The notes below the pieces were generated by a model. That model worked only from the letters and a program-made list of their open reading frames with translations, ran no database searches and was not told the DNA's origin. From NCBI GenBank assembly GCA_000743035.1, contig CP008939.1, forward strand, positions 120,001 through 152,000: a stretch of 32,000 bases of DNA, read 5' to 3'. This document shows, piece by piece, positions 19,640 through 28,084 of the stretch. The DNA is from Candidatus Paracaedimonas acanthamoebae (lineage in GTDB: Bacteria; Pseudomonadota; Alphaproteobacteria; Caedimonadales; Caedimonadaceae). The position numbers were made by a program, and so were the translations under genes. Positions within the stretch are counted from its first letter, which is position 1. Every line of letters starts with the position of its first letter.

Positions 19640-19687
19640 ATATCCAGTTTTAAATTCGTATTTTAGTTAATATTATTTTCATTTTTA

Positions 19688-19915
19688 TCACAATTTTAAT
19701 AACTTTTTTATGTAGCCTTGATCTTTTATGTTTAGCTTTGGCAAAGTATTTTTCAAAGTAAGACCTAATTGATATGTTTTAGCCATATCAGGCGTTAAGG
19801 ATGTTGTTGGCCTTTGAACTACAAACCATACAATTAACATTGTTGAAGCCAACGATCCTACACAAAAGCTGGCTGCCATTAATATTACTCGACGAGTTAA
19901 CAAGCATTTTGTCAT
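19688..19915 (-). CDS. Small hypothetical membrane protein
   Basis: 75-aa ORF with one hydrophobic helix (VILMAASFCVGSLASTMLIVWFVV). No other support. Confidence 0.25.
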   Translation of the reverse strand: MTKCLLTRRVILMAASFCVGSLASTMLIVWFVVQRPTTSLTPDMAKTYQLGLTLKNTLPKLNIKDQGYIKKLLKL

Positions 19916-19948
19916 TTCTAAGGATTGTTGTGCATGGTTAACCGAGGA

Positions 19949-20378
19949 TTAAAGCCCTGATAGAATCATATTAAGTCTTTCATCAACTGATTGATGAATA
20001 TGCTTTATAATTTGATTTGCGGCTTGTTCCGTTGAAGAATTTAACTGCTCCCCAAGTGTAGTAGGCACTTGCTCAATAAGCCCCTCAAACTCTTCAAAAT
20101 GAGCAATAAACCTTTTTGAAGTATATTTTCTAGATCGTACTTTTTTATACAAATGGGGCTGATACCCCTAAGAGTGCATTTTCAATCCGCGTGGAAGCAC
20201 CAATCATACTAGCTTTTGCAAGTTTATGGATAAATAGAAGTTCATCCTCAGAAAATGTCTGAATTTTCCCATAAATTTTAACAAGTTGGTTATCTAGATC
20301 TTTTAAGACAGCAATAAAGGGTATAATATCAAAACTTAACATACTTTTATCTTTCAGATGTCTCAAGTTACAAGCCAT
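19949..20378 (-). pseudogene. Two abutting ORF fragments, possibly a decayed Fic-family N-terminal region (tentative)
   Basis: 20145-20378 and 19949-20152 are adjacent in different frames. ..ELLFIHKLAKASMIGASTRIENALL resembles the (E)AxxSSxIEG motif of Fic N-terminal domains. No HPFxxGNG core is present. Confidence 0.2.
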
Positions 20379-20506
20379 CCTTTTAACTTTGTATATCTTC
20401 TTTTCATATTCTTATCTTTCACAGCCATGGCTAAAGATGTCTTTTGCTCGACTAAGATGACAAGTTTTTTTCCGCGCGTGATGCCTGTGTAAATCTGAAG
20501 AAGCAA
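20363..20506 (-). pseudogene. RecD/TraA-type helicase C-terminal fragment
   Basis: Minus-strand translation LLLQIYTGITRGKKLVILVEQKTSLAMAVKDKNMKRRYTKLKGWL* matches the conserved SF1B C-terminal motif (..lYTAiTRAkk.lvlvg...al..av.n....R.t.L). It is bounded upstream by a stop. Confidence 0.5.
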
Positions 20507-20639
20507 TCATTCTAAACTTTATATTAGGCAAGAAAATGCTTGTTGAAAAAACGTCTTCTCTAACACTCGGAGAACAAGTTTAAAGGAAGCCGAGACATAA
20601 TTTGATCTTTAAATTCTGAGTCATAATGGTATTCAACCC

Positions 20640-23600
20640 TTATATATTAAATTTAAATGAACTTTTCTGATTGATACTTTGGCTCATTTCTTGTTTATGA
20701 AACTCTGCTCTTTGTTTAATGATCTTTTCAATTCCTAACTCTTGAGCTTTGGCTTTTAGCTCTGAATCTTGCCATATTGCATAAGCATGTGTACGTGATT
20801 CTTTGAGTAATTCTTTAACAATCGCTTTTTCTTCTCCTTTAGCTGCAATAAATGAAGACAACTTTTTAAGCTTTTCTTCACAAGCAAGATAATGATCCAA
20901 AGCATTAAAATTTTGCTTGGCTATATCTTTGTTTTGCGTGTTGTTCTCTGTTGTGCGGCCATCCCTAGGACAAACAATTTGTTTTTCAAGTGATCTGACT
21001 TCAAGGGTTTGTTTATAGGAGTCTTCTTGGAAAACGGCAACATTTTTGAAAGCTTCTTGAACAGCTTTGATCCCTTCTTCTTTAAGAACATCATTAAAGT
21101 CACGACCTTTTTCTCCTTGTGGTCTTATAATTGAGACCTTGAATCCTTCTTGTTTGAGTTTTTCTAATGCACGCTCAGATGTCTTCCATGCTGCTGAAGT
21201 AGGGTTATCTGCATCTCCACAAAGAATAACAGGCTCGCCTTCTTTGAGATGGGCACTGATATTATTCATATTAGAAAGCCCTAAAGATACGAGGATTCTA
21301 CCATTAATATGTACTTCTTTCAAGGATAAAGCTGTCTCTATACCTTCTGCAACATACGTTATCCCTTCTCCTTTTTGAATCTCAACAATCGTGCCTTTAA
21401 TTGTGCCTTTTGATTTCTTCTTAACAGCAACATCTGCCTTGTTGGCAGATATAGGATCTAGATAAATCAATTGGTGAGCAGTTAACTGTTCATTATGGTC
21501 ACGTGAGAAAGAAACAAGAACTGGATGAGCTTTACCCTTATCGTAATCTTTATAATCCGGGATAAACTTTAAATCCTCTGGCAGCTCAGTTGTCTTAATC
21601 TTTCGGTGCTCTCTTAAGTAGCGCTCAGCTAGCGTTCCTTCTATTGACTTTGAACTATCATAAAGCTTCTTAGTTTCCTCTTGAGATTTTTCTATCTTAA
21701 TCTTTTCATCATATTCAGCTTGTTGTTTAAAAGCGTTTTGTCTTTTATTTCTCTCTTCCCAATTAACCTGCGTTAAGTGAGGTGCATTAATCTCTTGACC
21801 TATCTGTTTAATCGCTTCTCCATAAGATATATTCTGAGCTTTACTTACATAATTAAAGATATCACCACCTTCGTTAGAGCCATGATTATACCATGTTCGT
21901 GTGTTACTATAGATAATAAAGTCACCCCTTTCACCGTATCTTATTTTGCTAGCATCATATGAAGGCTTAGGATTTGTTATCCAGTGTTCTATATGCCGAG
22001 CATAAATGCTTTCAATTTGTGAATTCGAAAGTCGAGCTAAAACTTCTTCTTTATCATAAGTATTAATAACTCTACTCTTTAGGCCTTCATTTACTGAATA
22101 ATCTTTTCGCTGGCGTTCCACTTTATTGCTGAATGTAGAATCATCAGAATTCCTCTCCTTTTTAAGGATATCCCATTCCAATGAAACTTTCTTATTATCT
22201 CGATAGGTATTCTCAAGGTCCTCAATTGTTTTAAGGGATAACTCTTTACCTTCTTGGTGAGCTTTAAGCCACCCCTGTTCAAACTTAAGCTTTTGAAGAT
22301 CCAAATTTTGTTCTTTAATAAGATTATAAAGTCCTTTATCAACACTCCCCCGCTCTCCTAATGTAAATGAGACTAGCTTATCTGCAAGTTGAGTTCTCTC
22401 TTCTATTACTTTGGCTTCTTTGTAAGATGATATCATCCCTCTAACCTCACCGAACACCGCATGCTTTAAAAGGATTTCTTCTTTAAGGCCTAGTCTTTCA
22501 ATAAGAGGCTGTGCATCGCTATAGTTCTCAATAATTTGAAAGGCTAGTAAATCCCTACTTTTTGCATTCTCTTTGGCTTTTTGTTGGTAAACTTCAATAA
22601 GTGATGACTTAACTGCTGTTTTTTCAAGCTCTTTAAGATGCTTGAAAGCAGCCACACTTTGGTAATGAGAAGATTGATAACCTTGAATTTGCTTATAAAT
22701 AAAACGTTCATCAAAAGTTAATTGAGATTCATATCTTTCTGATTGCTTTTGGAGTATGTATTGTTTTGCTTGTTCTTGTGCCGCTTTAAACCCTTGAGGG
22801 CGTTGCTCATAAACAGTTCCCTGATAAGTCTCATAAGCCCCTTCATGTGCTTTAACTTTAAAGAAAGGCTTATACAACATCGGAAAGCTAGAGATTTCAT
22901 AGGCAAGTTCATTTCGCGCGTCCTTGATCTTGGCGTAAGTCTCATATTCTGGATGGTGATGTGATAAAGAACCTGGATGCGTCTTCGAAATCTCTTTCCA
23001 TAAGTTGCGTGCTTGATGAGAGATGTTGAAGTAAGTCTCAACTTTATCGAGTGCTGCCTCTTCTACAGCGCTCAGAAGCTTTTTACGGAGTCCTGCTTGA
23101 ACTTCTAATGTCTCTCGTCTCACCCCTGTTTGGTGCATAAAAGAAGAGCATTGAACCCAATTACGCAAGATCTCTTTAGCATCTTTGTTTCTTGTTTGAA
23201 CGAGCTTGTTATATTGGCCCCATTCTTTCGTTAAAGAGATTTCTTTACCTTCTTGATCTGCTTGTAAAGTAAGAGCATCAATCTTTGTCCTTAGATTGCC
23301 CGCGTCTCTAGAGATTTCCCAATAGTGTTGAACAACATTAAAGTAAGGCTTTTGATGTTCCGCAAGATCATAATCTGTACTCAGGCCTTTATAATCAGAT
23401 CTTGAGACATGGCTCACCATTGATTTCAAATCTGAAGCAATTTCTTTAGAGACATACCCCTTAAAGTTATCTTTATGGCGTGTAAGCCATATGAGTAGTT
23501 GATTGCTGTTAAAAGAGCTAAAGAAGCCATAAGAATGATCAAAAGTGGCCCCTTGGGACTTGTTAATAGTGACCGCATAGCCATGGGTCAGAGAATCATA

Positions 23601-25946
23601 AGACTTTGAATCAAAGCCAACGAGTCTCCCATCATGAAGCCTGACTTCAACAGTTTGTCGCTTCAAATCAAATGATTCTATAATCCCCAGCGTTCCATTC
23701 TTAACGCCCTCTCCTTCTCTCTTTCCGTTTTCAAGCGTTTTTATATGCCTTTCTTTATGATCATTTTCAAGAAACATAACACGATCCCCTACAGTAAAAC
23801 GTCTGCCATAAGCTGATTTCCTAAAATGTTGTGTTTTAGGCTTTAAAATAGATTGTTGTGGATTAAGTATCCCCTCTCCTTCTCGTCCAAAGATAAATTC
23901 CTCACCTAACTTACCTTGAGACTTTAACGCACCCCTGAGGAGCTCATTAAGTTCAACAACGTCCTTATTTTTTTGCGCTAAAGCCATATGAGTTTGATGA
24001 GGAGCTTGCTCAATTCCTTCTAAGTAATCTGCAACAAGAGATATTTTACTCTCAAAATCTCGTTCTCTAAAATCAAAATGACCGCGTTCATAATAAGGTT
24101 TTAATCCTTCTTCAATCCGATGCTCATTCAAAAGTGCTGAAGCTTCACGCATCCATTGCTCTTTTTGACGAACAACACCTTTAATCTCATAAGCGCCAAC
24201 CTTCTCTTCAATAAGTCGTGCCGCATCAAGACCATAAAGTGCTTTAATCTGCTTATTATCTTGAACAATCCGAAGTTGAGCCCCTGATCTTTCAACTTCT
24301 TGGAGAAGACTCTTCCATAAAGAGCCATGAACCATACTGCCTTCATCAAGAATAACTACATGCTTATCGGTTAAACGCCATTCTTGAAGCCTCTCCACTT
24401 CCATTTTGGCTTTTGCAAGAGCTTGACCCTTAAGCTCTTTCTTATCAATGATGGTTTTTAGTTTATCTTGGGCATTCCATCTATTATTCAACTGATCAAG
24501 CGTATAGCCTTCAACATTCAGTTCATTTGCCAGTTGATCAGCAACTTTACCTTGAAAAGCAGTGCCAATAACATTAAATCCTGATTTTTTATAAGCCTCA
24601 ACCACAGGCTGGAGGACAGTACTTTTTCCTGTCCCTGCTTTACCCGTTAAAACATTAATTGCAGTTTTAGAAAGAAGATGATCTATGGCCCCTAACTGCT
24701 CTTCAGTAAATATAATCTCTTGCTCTTTTTGAATCTTATCAATGGCTGTGAATTTATATTTTTCAGCAATGTGAGAACTACTTTTCTGTTTCAAAAGATC
24801 AACTGTTTTAGCAATTGATGTCTCAAGTTCTTTCATCTCATGTGAGGTATAAAATGCTTGTCCTTTGATATTCTCTCCTAAATAAATGGCATGGTTTTGA
24901 GACAAAATTTTTGCAGTAAAACTATCAATAGTTCTTGCGTAATCATCTTTTTTGAACTGAATACTCTTGCTCTCATAGATAGAATTATCGTTTAAAGTCT
25001 TCCCAATTATGGCAATAGATGGGATCTCAATTCCATCAACTTTAGCCTTCAAAACTGTGTAAAGTTTGTCATCACCACCGACCCGTTTGAAGATCTCTTT
25101 AGCTAAATCTACTTGTGTAAAGACAGCTTTTTGAGACGCCACAACTTTAATGATTTCTTCAGGATGGTTGAGAAGAATTTCAATGTTTTTCTGTCGGATC
25201 TCTTCGTTATCTTGCACATTTTGACTTAATTCTTGGAGACGATGCCTTGCATTAGGGCCTAAATGTTTTGTTGCAATAAGCTTAATCCCTTGATCTTTAT
25301 AAGACCGGTGATCTAGATGGTAATCATACCCTTTCTCTTGCGCATATTGATTGCAGATATCTGCCATCTGCTTACGCATTTCAACAAGCTTTTCTCTCTC
25401 AATAACAAATCTTTTTTCAGAGAAAGATCCTTCAATGAGAGGGCGGGTTGTTGCAATTATGTGGAGATGAGGATTACCCTTCATATCATGAATGGCATAC
25501 TGAGCAACTAAACCATTGCTCACGTAACATTCTTTTACAATCTTACGTGCAAGCTCTCGTAAATGATCCTTATCTGTAATCTCAAGTGGCAATGCAAAAT
25601 CAGCTTTAAAACTCGTCTTACAAGAAGAGAGAAACTTCTCTTTTCCTCTTAAACTTTTTTCATTTTTCTCGAGATCTTTGTGTCCTTTAAATCTTTTTTC
25701 AGCAATGTAGTCTTCAAATCTCTCAACTTCATTCCACAATGAATTAGGGTCATAAACCCATTCAGGAGAATTCTCTGGAGCGAGTATTTCTGAATATAAA
25801 ACATTATGGGTTTTTTTGGAGTAATCCCAGGTCATGCCTGTGCGCTCATCTTTCACAATAGAGCCTGAAATATAGGCAGCATGAGAGCAAGCAGAGCCTC
25901 CTCCGCTTCTCGATGTATAACTCATGTGTGAATGATAAATAGCCAT
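20640..25946 (-). CDS. traA: Ti-type conjugative relaxase TraA: MobA/MobL (MOBQ) relaxase, RecD-like helicase and C-terminal Toprim primase-like domain
   Basis: 1768 aa. N-terminus MAIYHSHMSYTSRSGGGSACSHAAYISG (MobA/TraA_Ti-type catalytic Tyr region). Histidine motif AIHDMKGNPHLHIIATTRP. Walker A LTGKAGTGKST and Walker B VILDEGSM. SF1B motif VTINKSQG. Toprim-like VAEGIETALSL and LCGDADNP (nt ~21100-21420). Confidence 0.9.
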   Translation of the reverse strand: MAIYHSHMSYTSRSGGGSACSHAAYISGSIVKDERTGMTWDYSKKTHNVLYSEILAPENSPEWVYDPNSLWNEVERFEDYIAEKRFKGHKDLEKNEKSLRGKEKFLSSCKTSFKADFALPLEITDKDHLRELARKIVKECYVSNGLVAQYAIHDMKGNPHLHIIATTRPLIEGSFSEKRFVIEREKLVEMRKQMADICNQYAQEKGYDYHLDHRSYKDQGIKLIATKHLGPNARHRLQELSQNVQDNEEIRQKNIEILLNHPEEIIKVVASQKAVFTQVDLAKEIFKRVGGDDKLYTVLKAKVDGIEIPSIAIIGKTLNDNSIYESKSIQFKKDDYARTIDSFTAKILSQNHAIYLGENIKGQAFYTSHEMKELETSIAKTVDLLKQKSSSHIAEKYKFTAIDKIQKEQEIIFTEEQLGAIDHLLSKTAINVLTGKAGTGKSTVLQPVVEAYKKSGFNVIGTAFQGKVADQLANELNVEGYTLDQLNNRWNAQDKLKTIIDKKELKGQALAKAKMEVERLQEWRLTDKHVVILDEGSMVHGSLWKSLLQEVERSGAQLRIVQDNKQIKALYGLDAARLIEEKVGAYEIKGVVRQKEQWMREASALLNEHRIEEGLKPYYERGHFDFRERDFESKISLVADYLEGIEQAPHQTHMALAQKNKDVVELNELLRGALKSQGKLGEEFIFGREGEGILNPQQSILKPKTQHFRKSAYGRRFTVGDRVMFLENDHKERHIKTLENGKREGEGVKNGTLGIIESFDLKRQTVEVRLHDGRLVGFDSKSYDSLTHGYAVTINKSQGATFDHSYGFFSSFNSNQLLIWLTRHKDNFKGYVSKEIASDLKSMVSHVSRSDYKGLSTDYDLAEHQKPYFNVVQHYWEISRDAGNLRTKIDALTLQADQEGKEISLTKEWGQYNKLVQTRNKDAKEILRNWVQCSSFMHQTGVRRETLEVQAGLRKKLLSAVEEAALDKVETYFNISHQARNLWKEISKTHPGSLSHHHPEYETYAKIKDARNELAYEISSFPMLYKPFFKVKAHEGAYETYQGTVYEQRPQGFKAAQEQAKQYILQKQSERYESQLTFDERFIYKQIQGYQSSHYQSVAAFKHLKELEKTAVKSSLIEVYQQKAKENAKSRDLLAFQIIENYSDAQPLIERLGLKEEILLKHAVFGEVRGMISSYKEAKVIEERTQLADKLVSFTLGERGSVDKGLYNLIKEQNLDLQKLKFEQGWLKAHQEGKELSLKTIEDLENTYRDNKKVSLEWDILKKERNSDDSTFSNKVERQRKDYSVNEGLKSRVINTYDKEEVLARLSNSQIESIYARHIEHWITNPKPSYDASKIRYGERGDFIIYSNTRTWYNHGSNEGGDIFNYVSKAQNISYGEAIKQIGQEINAPHLTQVNWEERNKRQNAFKQQAEYDEKIKIEKSQEETKKLYDSSKSIEGTLAERYLREHRKIKTTELPEDLKFIPDYKDYDKGKAHPVLVSFSRDHNEQLTAHQLIYLDPISANKADVAVKKKSKGTIKGTIVEIQKGEGITYVAEGIETALSLKEVHINGRILVSLGLSNMNNISAHLKEGEPVILCGDADNPTSAAWKTSERALEKLKQEGFKVSIIRPQGEKGRDFNDVLKEEGIKAVQEAFKNVAVFQEDSYKQTLEVRSLEKQIVCPRDGRTTENNTQNKDIAKQNFNALDHYLACEEKLKKLSSFIAAKGEEKAIVKELLKESRTHAYAIWQDSELKAKAQELGIEKIIKQRAEFHKQEMSQSINQKSSFKFNI

Positions 25947-25980
25947 GCCACAGTATAGAGCCGCCGGCAGGGCCGCACAA

Positions 25981-26010
25981 GACGAATTTTAATCGTCGTT
26001 AAGTGCACCT
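25981..26010. other. Candidate oriT (inverted repeat plus RSF1010/Ti-like nick-region motif)
   Basis: Inverted repeat GACGAATTTTAATCGTC (25981-25997), followed two nt later by TAAGTGCACCT (26000-26010). RSF1010 oriT as I remember it has an IR followed by TAAGTGCGCCCT. Located in the divergent traA / traC-like intergenic region, as in MOBQ systems. Confidence 0.55.
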
Positions 26011-26137
26011 TTAGAGTTTTGGCAAAAAACTCTTGCAGGACTACTGCTTTTTTGCTTATATATTTTTTATTCAAGTAAAGCTGTGGGGAGCTTTCCGATA
26101 AGAATCATTATTCAACATTTTTGGAAAGAGAATACTC

Positions 26138-26437
26138 ATGCAACAATACGATATAAAACTCTCTAAGCTTGACGAAAAAATTCTAAAGCTAGAAAAAGAA
26201 AAAATAGAATTACAAAAGAAGAAGAATGAAGAATTCTTATCTTTGTTGAATAAGGTACCGTCCCTTAACCTTGAGCCTCTTACATTAATTGGTGGGCTTC
26301 TTCATGTTGTAGATGAAGCCAATAAAAAACCTGAGCTTAAGGAGAAGTGGCGCCAAGCCGCTCAGAAATTTTGTGGAAGAACACTCTCTCGTAAAGAGTT
26401 GGAAAAAGGTTCATCTTCTTCACAAAAAAGTGCATAA
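26138..26437 (+). CDS. TraC(Ti)-like relaxosome accessory protein (tentative)
   Basis: 99 aa. N-terminal coiled coil (LSKLDEKILKLEKEKIELQKKK), then ..LTLIGGLLHVVDEA..KEKWRQAAQKF. Position (divergent from traA, upstream of traD-like) matches the Ti traCDG layout. GGAAAGAG lies 7 nt upstream of the ATG. Confidence 0.5.
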   Translation: MQQYDIKLSKLDEKILKLEKEKIELQKKKNEEFLSLLNKVPSLNLEPLTLIGGLLHVVDEANKKPELKEKWRQAAQKFCGRTLSRKELEKGSSSSQKSA

Positions 26438-26441
26438 ACTT

Positions 26442-26816
26442 ATGCAACAACTCAATAAAAATTCTTGGAATTTGCAGCATCATAAACGTAAATTATTACG
26501 GATAGAAAATGCTGATCGCAAAGCAGAAAATAGAACAAAAATTCAGTTAGGCGGCCTGCTTCTTAAATCAGGTCTTGCTGATCTATTACAGATAGAACTT
26601 GGTAATGATCTCCAGCTTGATCCTCTTGCTCGCGAAAAAGCAACGACTCTTTTAGGTGTACTTTTATATATGACAGACCAACTTCAAAATGATGTTGATG
26701 GCTCTCTCAAGCAAGAGTGTGATCACTTAGGTATGAAAGCCATGATGCAGCAATTCTTGAAATCAAAAGATCCTGAAACATCTTTAAAATCTAATTCTTT
26801 TCAGAGAGGCGAATAA
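26442..26816 (+). CDS. traD: TraD(Ti)-like conjugal transfer protein
   Basis: From the internal ATG at 26442, 5 nt after the upstream stop. ..RKAENRTKIQLGGLLLKSGL..TTLLGVLL matches the remembered TraD_Ti motif RKRDTReKIeLGGLvvKAGL...llLGal. The ORF-track start at 26313 overlaps the previous gene and is unlikely. Confidence 0.65.
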   Translation: MQQLNKNSWNLQHHKRKLLRIENADRKAENRTKIQLGGLLLKSGLADLLQIELGNDLQLDPLAREKATTLLGVLLYMTDQLQNDVDGSLKQECDHLGMKAMMQQFLKSKDPETSLKSNSFQRGE

Positions 26817-26818
26817 CT

Positions 26819-27034
26819 ATGTCGCCTTCTCAAAATAAGTTTGAAAAGTTGAATCAATTGATTCAAACAGCTCTTAATTCTTCAAATGATCCCACAACAA
26901 AAGCTCTGGCAATAGCGCGAATATCAGGCGCTTTTAAACAAAGAAACGTTATCTTTGTTCATAACAAATTATACTCACTTGATCCTTACAATCCTCATGA
27001 CTCTTTGCTATATCTCAGATCTTTAAATTTATAG
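26819..27034 (+). CDS. Hypothetical protein
   Basis: 71-aa ORF starting 2 nt after the traD-like stop (operon-like spacing). No recognisable motif. Confidence 0.35.
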   Translation: MSPSQNKFEKLNQLIQTALNSSNDPTTKALAIARISGAFKQRNVIFVHNKLYSLDPYNPHDSLLYLRSLNL

Positions 27035-27045
27035 AAAATGGATTA

Positions 27046-27248
27046 ATGCAAGCAGAGTTCTATCTTAAAGCTGAAGATAAAGAAGCTGGAATTTTTAGAT
27101 ATTATAATATCATTTTACTTCCTACCCTCTTCAAAGACTTATCTCTTGTTATTACATATGGAAGAACAGGTCATAAGGAGAGACAGAGATCAATTCAGTT
27201 TATAGATACCCAATTACTTGCTAAAGAATTTAAATTAATTCTTAGTAA
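27046..27248 (+). pseudogene. WGR-domain protein, 3' end replaced by IS6 copy B
   Basis: ..GIFRYYNIILLPTLFKDLSLVITYGRTGHKERQRSIQF.. fits the small WGR pattern (.RFY.l.v.pdLFG...l...WGRiG..G). From 27249 the frame runs into the IS6 terminal repeat (..ALLQKVLSSFRVSKN* is IS-encoded). Confidence 0.55.
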
Positions 27249-28077
27249 GGCCCTGTTGCAAAAAGTTTTGTCTTCGTTCAGAGTTTCTAAAAATTAGAGG
27301 ACTATTGGATGAATGATTTTAAGTGGCGTCATTTTCAAGGGGATATTATTCTTGGATGCGTAAGGTGGTATTGTAAATACGGGATCAGCTATCGGGACCT
27401 TGAAGAAATGATGGAAGAAAGAGGCATTACGGTTGATCATACAACTCTTAATAGATGGGTAATCACTTATGCTCCAGAGATTGAGAAAAGGCTCAGGTGG
27501 TATTGGAAACCAGGGCTTGGCTATAGCTGGAGAGTTGATGAAACTTATGTAAAAGTTAAGGGTAAATGGGCTTACCTTTATCGAGCTCTTGATAAGCGAG
27601 GGCGTACTATAGACTTTTATCTTTCATCGACAAGAAATATCAGTGCTGCCAAACGGTTTCTTTCAAAGGCTTTAAGAAAGTTTAAGGAATGGGAAAAACC
27701 AAGTAAAATTAATACAGATAAGGCACCTACTTATGCTGTAGCGATCAAAGAATTAAAGAAGGAAGGACTTTGTCCTCAAGACCTTGAGCATCGACAGATT
27801 AAGTATCTCAATAACCTTATTGAAGCTGATCATGGTAAACTCAAACGACTGATTAAACCAACTCTAGGGTTTAAATCTTTGAAAACAGCTTATGCAACGA
27901 TTAAAGGGTTTGAAGTGATGAGGATGTTTAAAAAGGGACAGATGGATCTTTGGAAATATCGCCAAGGACTCAAGGGAGAAATCCGTCTCGTTAACCGACA
28001 ATTCAGTGTCTATACTGTTTAATTGAAAACTGCAAAAAGACCTAAATCTGCTCAAATAATATTTTTGCAACAGGGCC
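27249..28077 (+). mobile_element. IS6-family (IS26-like) insertion sequence, copy B (829 bp)
   Basis: Same IRs and apparently identical sequence to copy A, at a constant offset of 12474 bp and in the same orientation. Confidence 0.9.
27309..28022 (+). CDS. IS6-family DDE transposase (identical to 14835-15548)
   Basis: 237-aa product identical to that of copy A. Confidence 0.9.
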   Translation: MNDFKWRHFQGDIILGCVRWYCKYGISYRDLEEMMEERGITVDHTTLNRWVITYAPEIEKRLRWYWKPGLGYSWRVDETYVKVKGKWAYLYRALDKRGRTIDFYLSSTRNISAAKRFLSKALRKFKEWEKPSKINTDKAPTYAVAIKELKKEGLCPQDLEHRQIKYLNNLIEADHGKLKRLIKPTLGFKSLKTAYATIKGFEVMRMFKKGQMDLWKYRQGLKGEIRLVNRQFSVYTV

Positions 28078-28084
28078 GTTATTT

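Noticed and set aside
20921-25511. Eight short ORFs (60-107 aa) on both strands inside traA
   Set aside because: All are nested within the 1768-aa TraA CDS, which has multiple conserved motifs. None has independent support.
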